Source of the DNA: a virus
Lineage: Duplodnaviria > Heunggongvirae > Uroviricota > Caudoviricetes
Strand: one strand, 5' to 3'
Length of the DNA: 36,404 nucleotides
Virus record (IMG/VR): IMGVR_UViG_2850756110_000006
Notes under the pieces: model-generated
Databases searched by the model: none
Told to the model about the DNA's origin: nothing
The model's input: the letters and a program-made list of their open reading frames with translations, nothing else
Translations under genes and position numbers: made by a program
Shown: one piece after another, positions 28,831-36,404 of the stretch
How the letters are laid out: every line of letters begins with the position of its first letter
Position numbering within the stretch: the stretch's first letter is position 1

Positions 28831-29045
28831 CGCCCGCTTTATGGGTCGGTTTTAATGCAGGTGCACGAATACACCGGAGGCGCGCCGGCACTGGTGGCGC
28901 TCAGACGCAACAGGGGAGGAAAACGCATGCAATTGAATGCATTTCTAGGCACACCTAAAAATGAAAAAATGTTATGACAATTAATCATTTTAAACACACT
29001 GATTAAGGGTAGAATTCTCCTAGTAAAATCATAGAAAAACCGCTA

Positions 29046-29974
29046 TCAAACCAGGCTTTTGCCTTGCTTCATTTTTTTAGATGAGTCTAAAAATTTGAAA
29101 TTATCATTAGATGAAAATATTCTTTCTGCGGTATGCCGAATGACTGAAGTATTGAAGACCGCAGCCTGCTCCTCATTACAACTGAATACACCCTCATGAC
29201 CATCAAACTCGCCCGCCAAAAGAAGGTTTTTTGATACTGGGAACAAAACTAAAGTGTCTTTTACACCAAACCCGGGGAATAAGGGCCTCGTGCTAATTCA
29301 GGATTAGTCCACATTAAGCAAACTGGGTTATCTGAAGTTATAAATGACCCTTGCCCATCAGATATGGTCATAAGTGACCAGTTGCGTTGATGCAACAACT
29401 TGGTGATAACAGGTACACATTTCATTTCCATATCTATCATGAACTCTCTGATTACATTGATTTCGAAATTATCCCCATCCACAAAATTTTTAATTTTTTC
29501 GTAAGCGAGATCATATGGCAAAGACTCACCCATTTCTTTCTCATAAGCTAATTTGCAATCGTCCCAACGCTCAGCCGAACTAACTGAGGATTTCATGATA
29601 AACTTTGCTATTTGTTTCAATGGAGATGATAAATGTTCTCGCTGAGCAGGCGTACGTATTGCCAATAAGGAAATAAACTCCAGAATAACATCTTTGGTTT
29701 CGCCTGAAAACTCGCCCCCTCCTCAAGTTTTCTTAAATGAGTAGCGACACTGCCTTCAAACTCTGCAAGAGAACTCTCGAGATAGTTTGGGTCAACTCCA
29801 TCCAATTCTAATCGGTTGAAATCTCTAACCCCCCCCGACATTGCGAGTATTACTCTCAAAGGTTTTGCGCTCCTTTAAATCTATTACAGTTAATTTTGAT
29901 TTTTTCCCCCCATTACTTGTAAACCCTTTCAAATAACATTGGGATAAAAAATGATGATGCCTTGCAACACTCAT
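29046..29974 (-). pseudogene. AT-rich DUF4238-like gene at the tin/old position, split into four frame-shifted fragments
   Basis: N-terminus MSVARHHHFLSQCYLKGFTS resembles the DUF4238 HxxPQFYLKxF motif (from memory); frame breaks at a G8/C8 run (29829-29836), near 29617-29665 and near 29246-29261. Confidence 0.65.
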
Positions 29975-30077
29975 ACTCAGCTCCGTTATGGCTATAATCG
30001 CATAAATAATAAGCACTTATATTGCAATCATCTAGTTAAATACACAATATTTATGACTCCGAAATTTCATTAAATCA

Positions 30078-32249
30078 CTATTGATAGGTTTTACCAATTA
30101 GTGCCAGCTCGAAATGGATGCGTGGAATCTGCGAACGTTCAGCCTTTGTCATCCGCCCTGATGGCGCTATCTGGTACGGTTTTAATGGTTCGCAGTTTCT
30201 TTGTTGCCAATTCGGTCTCGGTGCACCATGTTTTAATGCACTCCTGAGCACCGTCACAACTTCCGGGTCATCCCATCCGATAACACCACTATCAACCAGA
30301 TTTAACACCGCTGCGGCATGCTCAGACGGTGTAGGGTGCATAACCGGAACGTCACCGCCGGTGAACTTTCCACAGTTATTGACAGGACTCCGAGGCGCGG
30401 CGATGCCGCTTTTTAAAGTCAAAGGCTCAACGACCGGCACTTTCGGCACAATGCGCCAGTCCGTCGTTCTGGTGATATGAATATGACGCGCGCCGAGATG
30501 CGGCGCGTAAATGCCGACCACTCTCTCGACTTCTTCCTCGTACTCGTTAACTTCATCCGACGGGCTACGGGCGACCCTGACAGTCTGACAATCGCGCGGG
30601 ACATTTGCCCCACCCTGCGCGCTGATATACAACGCAAAATCACCACTGTCTGCGGCGGCGCGAGCAGCCTCGACGCGCTCGTCAAACTCATCAGCAATGC
30701 TGACGCCGCGCGGCAATTTGCGTAGTTCACGGTAAGCCCCCATTGTCGGCAGACCAACCGTTTTAAATTGTGGGATGCGCCACGTTGACGCCCATGCGGT
30801 AACAGCCGCGGCAGTATCTTTAAGCGGCTTACCGGTATCGTTATCGAGCTGACCATCCAGTGCATAGCCGTCGATATTTTTTGAGATGTATTTCGCGATA
30901 TACCCCGCAGCACCGCCCCGGTTAAGGTGTTTCGCCTGAAAACGGTTTCGCGCAGCTCCTCTTTCGTCGCCATCCTCTTTGAGCGCATAGCGACGCATGA
31001 TTTCGATAATCTGGTTACGCTGGCGCGGATTACAAAAAAGCATCATATGCCAGTGCGGCGTTCCGTCGTGGTGTGGCTCGACGACACGCAAACCGTAGAC
31101 CTGTAAATCATTATCCTTGAATGCCGTGCGCATCAGGCTCCAGATACGGCAGAGATAACGCTGCGCATCCTTTGGATTAAATGCCTCATCGTTCCAGCCG
31201 TGATTTAGCTGGACGGTTTTACTTTCGCCTTTTCTGACCTGACGTGTCGGGTGATACTTTGACGGCGCGGTCAGCGTGATAAACATCCCCACATCACCCT
31301 CTGCTGCGGCGTAACGCTCAATACCGGCAATGGTGTTCATCAGCTCCATCCGGCGAATTTCAGGATTAGAAATACTGCCCATCACCTTACTGATAAGGTC
31401 GATGCGCTCGCCGGTTTCCCTGTTTTCAAGGTCACATGATTTAAGAAATTCCAGATTTGCCTGGCGGCGCGCACGCACATCACGAATGGCATGTTTACTG
31501 GCATAAGGAGAACGGTCTTTATTGACCTCCCCGACAGCTATCAGTAACGCCTCATGCCAGCGCATACGCTGGCCTTTAAGCTGATGAGTCCACCACTCAT
31601 CGTTAAACAGGCGGGCAATGGCAGAATATGCCTGCCTCGTGGTCATCTGTCCTTTACGGTATTTTTTCCAGTAGAGCGGGGAAATATTGAAAGCACGTGC
31701 AGCGCCAGCAACATGACCATAAAGGTGAGCCTGCGCCTCATCCGTAAACAGCGATTCTTTTTCGCCATGTGCATCAACCCAGGCATCGCAGAGTTCCTCA
31801 TACATCATGAAAAGCTGCGATGAGATACGGGCAGCAAACTTTTTCAGCTCCTTGTCATTCATTCCCGGCAGGCGCGCATAGTGGTCACGCTCTGCCAGAA
31901 ACAGCAACGACGCGTCGGTGTTCATTTCATGGCGCTGATTCACACGCTCAATGCGCGGCCATAAACGACGCTGAAAAGTGGATGTGAGGAAATAAAACCC
32001 GTGCACCGGGCTTTTATTGCGCCGGATGTAGTCATAACGTGAAGTAAACAGCGAGCGCAAAAAGTAAGGCAGGCGGTTAATCGTGGATAAAACACCTTGC
32101 ACCTGACGCATCTCGTCACGTGTAAGGGGTCTTTCGCGCCCGACAGCCTCGCGTGGCGCGTTCCATGCATAAGCACCGGTAAACGTCTTACCGGTGCCTG
32201 CGGCAAATGCTGACGGAGGGACAAAACGCCCGGAGGCTTTAACGGCCAT
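30078..32249 (-). CDS. A: Replication initiation protein A (rolling-circle nickase, about 723 aa)
   Basis: MAVKASGRFVPPSAFAAGTGK... matches P2 gpA; HHDGTPHWHMML HUH-like motif and YIAKYISK tyrosines; track ORF starts at an upstream TTG. Confidence 0.9.
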   Translation of the reverse strand: MAVKASGRFVPPSAFAAGTGKTFTGAYAWNAPREAVGRERPLTRDEMRQVQGVLSTINRLPYFLRSLFTSRYDYIRRNKSPVHGFYFLTSTFQRRLWPRIERVNQRHEMNTDASLLFLAERDHYARLPGMNDKELKKFAARISSQLFMMYEELCDAWVDAHGEKESLFTDEAQAHLYGHVAGAARAFNISPLYWKKYRKGQMTTRQAYSAIARLFNDEWWTHQLKGQRMRWHEALLIAVGEVNKDRSPYASKHAIRDVRARRQANLEFLKSCDLENRETGERIDLISKVMGSISNPEIRRMELMNTIAGIERYAAAEGDVGMFITLTAPSKYHPTRQVRKGESKTVQLNHGWNDEAFNPKDAQRYLCRIWSLMRTAFKDNDLQVYGLRVVEPHHDGTPHWHMMLFCNPRQRNQIIEIMRRYALKEDGDERGAARNRFQAKHLNRGGAAGYIAKYISKNIDGYALDGQLDNDTGKPLKDTAAAVTAWASTWRIPQFKTVGLPTMGAYRELRKLPRGVSIADEFDERVEAARAAADSGDFALYISAQGGANVPRDCQTVRVARSPSDEVNEYEEEVERVVGIYAPHLGARHIHITRTTDWRIVPKVPVVEPLTLKSGIAAPRSPVNNCGKFTGGDVPVMHPTPSEHAAAVLNLVDSGVIGWDDPEVVTVLRSALKHGAPRPNWQQRNCEPLKPYQIAPSGRMTKAERSQIPRIHFELALIGKTYQ

Positions 32250-32514
32250 ATGAGCCAAAAGCCTCTGAACAACGCCTGCTGAGTTGCTCAACCTGCGCGT
32301 TTAAATCAGCAAAAGACTTTGCGCTTCCGGTCAGAATATCGTGATGCATCAGGCCGGAAACGAGCTGGCTTAATTTCGGGTAATAACCAACCACCGCCAG
32401 CCATTCCTGACCGGCGTTTTTACCGCTTTCCGCTCTCTTTTTCTCGTGGAGAATAAACTGAAAGCTGTCACTGGTAACGACATAACGTTCGCCAATTTCA
32501 ATACGAATGCTCAT
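32239..32514 (-). CDS. Hypothetical early protein (91 aa, orf83 position)
   Basis: Intact ORF in the A-B interval, coupled to neighbours by overlapping stop/start. Confidence 0.7.
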   Translation of the reverse strand: MSIRIEIGERYVVTSDSFQFILHEKKRAESGKNAGQEWLAVVGYYPKLSQLVSGLMHHDILTGSAKSFADLNAQVEQLSRRCSEAFGSYGR

Positions 32515-32735
32515 GCCATTCTCCGGTAATGTTTGTTTTTTGCTTCAAAGACTGACTGACAGGAAACACAACGCGTGGCTGACGGATAAGCCGCACGACG
32601 GGCAGCAGGTATTGGCGCGTCACACTCTTCGCAAACCAGCGAAGAAACACCGCAATGTTTTACCCTTGCCGCGTTAATCTGGCGCTCCAGTAATTCAGTC
32701 TGTTGTTCCTGAATAAAATCTACGTTGTCCGGCAT
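32511..32735 (-). CDS. TraR/DksA-like C4 zinc-finger protein (74 aa, orf82 position)
   Basis: CGVSSLVCEECDAPIPAARRAAYPSATRCVSCQ: Cx2C...Cx2C motif. Confidence 0.75.
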   Translation of the reverse strand: MPDNVDFIQEQQTELLERQINAARVKHCGVSSLVCEECDAPIPAARRAAYPSATRCVSCQSVFEAKNKHYRRMA

Positions 32736-33040
32736 TACCAGTTCCTTTTGTCGTTCAGTTTTTTAAATTCATCAGCGCAATAGCTGGCAAGTTCTGTCGT
32801 TAATTTTGTCAGTTCATCCACTGAGGAAATTTGCTTGTGGAATACAGCGCGTTTAACAAGTAAATTGACCACATCAGACAGGAGGTTTAATTCGTTCTGA
32901 TAAATCGCGATAACAGACTCAGTTATTTCGCGTTTTTCTTTATCAAGACCAAGTTGAATAAGAGACAAATCGCCATTTTTCATAACGGCGATTTTTAAGG
33001 CGTTATTCAGTAATACAACTGAACGAGAACAGGACATCAA
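32735..33040 (-). CDS. Hypothetical early protein (101 aa, orf81 position)
   Basis: Intact ORF overlapping neighbours by start/stop. Confidence 0.65.
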   Translation of the reverse strand: MMSCSRSVVLLNNALKIAVMKNGDLSLIQLGLDKEKREITESVIAIYQNELNLLSDVVNLLVKRAVFHKQISSVDELTKLTTELASYCADEFKKLNDKRNW

Positions 33041-33261
33041 AGCACCTCCCCGCGAGACAATCCGATATTGTGAAATTTTTCCGACTCCTGACTGAGCAGC
33101 TCGACTATCTCCACGCGGGATAACTCCGCCTTTGTGATGTGGCGAATCATGGCATCAAGATGAGAAGAAAAGCGCGTCGCAGCGTCGGCCTGTGCTTCGG
33201 TTCTGGCCTGTTGCAGCAGTAATGCGTATTTACCGCACTGATTTTCAGAAACTGTATGCAT
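33037..33261 (-). CDS. Hypothetical early protein (74 aa, orf80 position)
   Basis: Intact ORF in conserved position. Confidence 0.65.
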   Translation of the reverse strand: MHTVSENQCGKYALLLQQARTEAQADAATRFSSHLDAMIRHITKAELSRVEIVELLSQESEKFHNIGLSRGEVL

Positions 33262-33324
33262 AACTTTCTCCAGGCAAAAAGAAGCCCCGCACGATTAAGT
33301 GCGTTAAAAACTCTGGTTAATTAC

Positions 33325-33825
33325 TTAATGCAGATATTGCTCTGGTTTTACCGACGTCAGAATTGTCGGTGCATACTCAAACAGGCTGAATAATTCACGT
33401 AATGCACGGAATAAAGCATCACGCCAGTAACATGACTCTTCATTAATTCGCCAGTATGGCTGGTTGAATTCTTTTTCAGTCAATCCGGCATGCATAAATA
33501 AAGTACGACGCTGACTGACTGTTAAAAAACTAATATATGCATACTCACTTGCGCCAACCTGACGGCGTTTTGAGAATGCCCCACGCAATTCATCAATTGC
33601 ACATACCAGTCGTTCACGTTCGACATCATTCATTTCTTCAAAACGCATCGTTGCGTGACGCTGTTTTAACTGCGCATGGAAGCAAACCGTTAGCCGTTCA
33701 CGTTCCATCATCTGATTATAATAATCGCATGTCTCCTGCCAGCGAGGGACGGCCAGATGCTTACCAATTATCCGGCGCATAGCTGCTGGCTGTTTTTCAA
33801 CAAGATTGAGCGTCATCACTGTCAT
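33325..33825 (-). CDS. B: Replication protein B (helicase loader-like, 166 aa)
   Basis: Length and sequence consistent with P2 gpB. Confidence 0.85.
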   Translation of the reverse strand: MTVMTLNLVEKQPAAMRRIIGKHLAVPRWQETCDYYNQMMERERLTVCFHAQLKQRHATMRFEEMNDVERERLVCAIDELRGAFSKRRQVGASEYAYISFLTVSQRRTLFMHAGLTEKEFNQPYWRINEESCYWRDALFRALRELFSLFEYAPTILTSVKPEQYLH

Positions 33826-34016
33826 TTCCAGACCCTCCGACTTTTCAGAAAGGTCAGAGCCTTCTTTAACGGACTCTGTTTTTTGGTGCGGATAATGATT
33901 CCCTTGCGTCCCTTACCGTGGGTAATGGTGAAGTCAATCGCCCTGGGGCTTTCGTTACGCAGTAACTGAGCAATACAACGAGGCTCATTCATACGGTTCT
34001 CCTTAACGTGGTTCAC
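33822..34016 (-). CDS. Hypothetical small protein (64 aa, orf78 position)
   Basis: ORF between cox and B overlapping both. Confidence 0.55.
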   Translation of the reverse strand: MNHVKENRMNEPRCIAQLLRNESPRAIDFTITHGKGRKGIIIRTKKQSPLKKALTFLKSRRVWK

Positions 34017-34278
34017 CGAGACCTAACCACATCAACCAGCCGTCACGAATCTCTTTAGGGCGGCTTTCATAAGCCAGTTTTAGTCCGTTATTCCATGCCG
34101 GAAGGTATACCCAATATTCACCTGCACGACCTGAAGCTGATTGTGGATCGGTCATATCAATTACAGGCAGCTTTCCTTTATCGATCATCCGACGAACCGC
34201 TCCTGTCGATTTTCCTATTAGTTTTGCGAACTCCTGATAAGGAATCGCATCAGTCATGAGTGTTACTTGCTTGCTCAT
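34003..34278 (-). CDS. cox: Cox excisionase / early-operon regulator (91 aa)
   Basis: MSKQVTLMTDAIPYQEFAKLIGKSTGAVRRMIDKGKLPVIDM... matches P2 Cox. Confidence 0.95.
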   Translation of the reverse strand: MSKQVTLMTDAIPYQEFAKLIGKSTGAVRRMIDKGKLPVIDMTDPQSASGRAGEYWVYLPAWNNGLKLAYESRPKEIRDGWLMWLGLGEPR

Positions 34279-34392
34279 GTCGTCCTCCAGCCCTCATGAA
34301 TTGCGTTTAATGCCTTATAATGCCTTTTAGTGCCCACATCCAAGCACTAAACAATCTACATCTAAACTAAATACTATTGAGATCTAAACACT
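34279..34392. promoter_or_regulatory. Divergent early (Pe)/repressor (Pc) promoter-operator region
   Basis: Intergenic between divergent cox and C; direct repeats of TCTAAAC and AATGCCTT visible, plausible C/Cox binding sites. Confidence 0.6.
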
Positions 34393-34692
34393 ATGTCAAA
34401 CACGATAAGCGAGAAGATAGTCTTAATGCGAAAATCTGAGTATTTGAGCAGACAACAACTTGCTGATTTAACAGGGGTTCCGTATGGCACGCTGAGTTAC
34501 TATGAAAGTGGTCGTTCAACACCTCCAACAGATGTCATGATGAACATCCTGCAGACCCCACAATTCACCAAATACACTTTATGGTTCATGACAAATCAGA
34601 TCGCTCCTGAGTCCGGGCAAATTGCGCCCGCTCTCGCACACTTTGGGCAAAACGAAACAACGTCGCCCCACTCCGGTCAAAAGACTGGTTAA
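34393..34692 (+). CDS. C: Immunity repressor C (99 aa)
   Basis: MSNTISEKIVLMRKSEYLSRQQLADLTGVPYGTLSYYESGRSTPP... matches P2 C. Confidence 0.95.
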   Translation: MSNTISEKIVLMRKSEYLSRQQLADLTGVPYGTLSYYESGRSTPPTDVMMNILQTPQFTKYTLWFMTNQIAPESGQIAPALAHFGQNETTSPHSGQKTG

Positions 34693-34807
34693 CAATTTAT
34701 CGTGAATATATTCATCACAAGTGCCTACTATTGGTGGCTAAATTTCAGCCACCACGAAAAAAGCGATTAGTAGTAGCAAAAAAAAGTACCACTCGGAGGG
34801 TTTTCTG

Positions 34808-35821
34808 ATGGCAATCAAAAAACTCGATGATGGTCGATATGAAGTGGACATCCGCCCTACTGGACGTAACGGAAAACGCATCCGTAGGAAGTTTGATAAG
34901 AAAAGCGAAGCTGTCGCTTTCGAAAAATACACGTTGTACAACCACCACAATAAAGAATGGCTATCAAAACCAACAGACAAACGACGTCTGTCGGAACTGA
35001 CACAGATCTGGTGGGATTTAAAGGGTAAACACGAAGAGCATGGGAAATCTAATCTTGGAAAAATTGAAATCTTCACAAAAATAACGAATGACCCATGCGC
35101 ATTTCAAATCACGAAATCCCTTATCAGCCAGTACTGCGCCACCCGAAGAAGTCAGGGTATTAAACCTTCGAGTATCAATCGTGATTTAACATGTATTAGC
35201 GGCATGTTTACAGCCCTGATTGAAGCGGAGTTATTCTTTGGTGAGCACCCTATCAGAGGGACAAAGAGGCTTAAGGAGGAAAAACCAGAAACAGGCTATC
35301 TCACACAGGAAGAAATTGCCTTACTGCTTGCAGCACTTGACGGCGACAATAAAAAGATTGCGATTCTTTGCCTGAGTACAGGAGCACGTTGGGGAGAAGC
35401 AGCTCGTTTGAAAGCAGAAAATATCATCCATAACCGCGTCACGTTTGTTAAAACGAAAACAAACAAACCACGCACCGTCCCGATCTCAGAGGCTGTTGCC
35501 AAAATGATCGCGGATAACAAACGAGGTTTTTTATTCCCTGATGCTGATTACCCTCGCTTCAGACGAACAATGAAAGCAATAAAACCGGATTTGCCAACGG
35601 GGCAAGCCACACATGCACTAAGGCACAGCTTTGCCACTCATTTCATGATTAATGGAGGAAGTATTATCACGCTACAACGGATACTAGGTCACACGCGGAT
35701 TGAGCAAACTATGGTTTACGCTCATTTTGCGCCAGAGTACCTTCAGGACGCCATTTCTCTTAATCCGCTAAGAGGTGGTACTGAGGCCGAGAGTGTCCAC
35801 ACAGTGTCCACAGTAGAGTAA
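34808..35821 (+). CDS. int: Tyrosine integrase (337 aa)
   Basis: Matches P2 Int; catalytic signature ...HALRHSFATH...LGHTRIEQTMVYAH. Confidence 0.95.
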   Translation: MAIKKLDDGRYEVDIRPTGRNGKRIRRKFDKKSEAVAFEKYTLYNHHNKEWLSKPTDKRRLSELTQIWWDLKGKHEEHGKSNLGKIEIFTKITNDPCAFQITKSLISQYCATRRSQGIKPSSINRDLTCISGMFTALIEAELFFGEHPIRGTKRLKEEKPETGYLTQEEIALLLAALDGDNKKIAILCLSTGARWGEAARLKAENIIHNRVTFVKTKTNKPRTVPISEAVAKMIADNKRGFLFPDADYPRFRRTMKAIKPDLPTGQATHALRHSFATHFMINGGSIITLQRILGHTRIEQTMVYAHFAPEYLQDAISLNPLRGGTEAESVHTVSTVE

Positions 35822-35900
35822 CGTTTAAGGGCTTTCAGTGGTAATTTATGCCGCTCAAACCCGCATTGTACCGTTGAAAGCCCCTACTGGTGACACCCTA

Positions 35901-35927
35901 AATCTCCCTTACACGGGCTTATTTTTT
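35901..35927. repeat. P2 att core copy (27 bp), int-proximal prophage junction
   Basis: Exact direct repeat of 145-171. Confidence 0.85.
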
Positions 35928-36086
35928 TATGCATAAGCCCTATCTCTGGTAACCGTCTTCCATTGACCACATCGATAGAATCCTCCTTCATAGCACGATG
36001 CCTTTCACTTATCGGCATCGTGCTCCCACAGGTTCCGGCTACGCACAGCCAGAACGCGCATATTTGACGCTTACCAAAAAATATTC

Positions 36087-36404
36087 TCACTCTCCACATT
36101 TGAATGTCAGACGAGCGACACCATGTAATCCTACACCTTCTGTCTTCAGCTCAACTATTTGCATTTTTTTGCCCTGAGTAACACAGAAATGAGTTGCATC
36201 ATTTTTTACTATATTTTCTGCACCAGATATTCTACCCCTGGCTAAAGAAGCTTCGGCTTCGGTGTAGTATTGGTTATCGAGTTTACGCTGAATATTACTT
36301 TTATATGCAAGACCAAATTTACCGATACTTGTCTCATCATTATGCACAGCACAACCAGACATAATAAAAATACTAATTAATGATATAGCAGCTATCTTTT
36401 TCAT
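36087..36404 (-). CDS. Host lipoprotein (105 aa); position and length are consistent with E. coli yegR, not sequence-verified
   Basis: Signal peptide with lipobox MKKIAAISLISIFIMSGC; ATG is the last three bases of the window; lies outside the att repeat. Confidence 0.75.
   Translation of the reverse strand: MKKIAAISLISIFIMSGCAVHNDETSIGKFGLAYKSNIQRKLDNQYYTEAEASLARGRISGAENIVKNDATHFCVTQGKKMQIVELKTEGVGLHGVARLTFKCGE

Noticed and set aside
30078-30200. Truncation of the gene A 3' end by the adjacent cargo
   Set aside because: It rests only on an uncertain recollection of the P2 gpA C-terminus and length; not supportable without an alignment.
274-32291. Longer N-terminal versions of ogr (to 576), V (to 18275), X (to 22383), L (to 22883), O (to 25728), P (from 25806) and A (to 32291) as given by the ORF track
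   Set aside because: The extensions start at non-ATG codons or lack an SD and overlap the upstream gene; internal ATGs with SD motifs give the known P2 protein lengths.
35884-36099. 71-aa ORF spanning the att copy and host flank
   Set aside because: It crosses the prophage-host junction, has no SD and shows no coding-like composition.

Overview
The window holds an essentially complete P2-like temperate prophage (about 35.8 kb, Escherichia-type backbone) integrated at the 3' end of the CRP-dependent sRNA gene cyaR. It is bounded by two direct copies of the 27-bp P2 att core (145-171 and 35901-35927). Reading the minus strand from low to high coordinates: ogr, D, U, T, E/E' (T6G -1 frameshift), FII, FI | accessory island with IS2 | G, H, I, J, W, V | AT-rich two-gene cassette on the opposite strand | S, R, lysC, lysB, lysA, K, Y, X, L, M, N, O; then divergent P, Q, the cos site, a decayed accessory gene, A, orf83-78, B, cox, C, int. 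A host lipoprotein gene follows the second att copy. The backbone is GC-rich and syntenic with P2; three AT-rich cargo loci interrupt it. (1) G-FI (Z/fun position, 6877-13155): an intact 269-aa protein with an N-terminal HNH-like motif, a 425-aa membrane protein, a frameshifted BetT-like transporter pseudogene, an IS2 copy, and three copies of a palindromic motif at module boundaries. (2) S-V (18284-19353): an antisense two-gene operon of unknown function. (3) cos-A (tin/old position, 29046-29974): a multiply frameshifted DUF4238-like gene. The intact HNH-like gene and the S-V cassette are the best candidates for an undescribed phage-borne system such as anti-phage defence. All assignments come from reading the sequence and recalled family knowledge; no searches were run.
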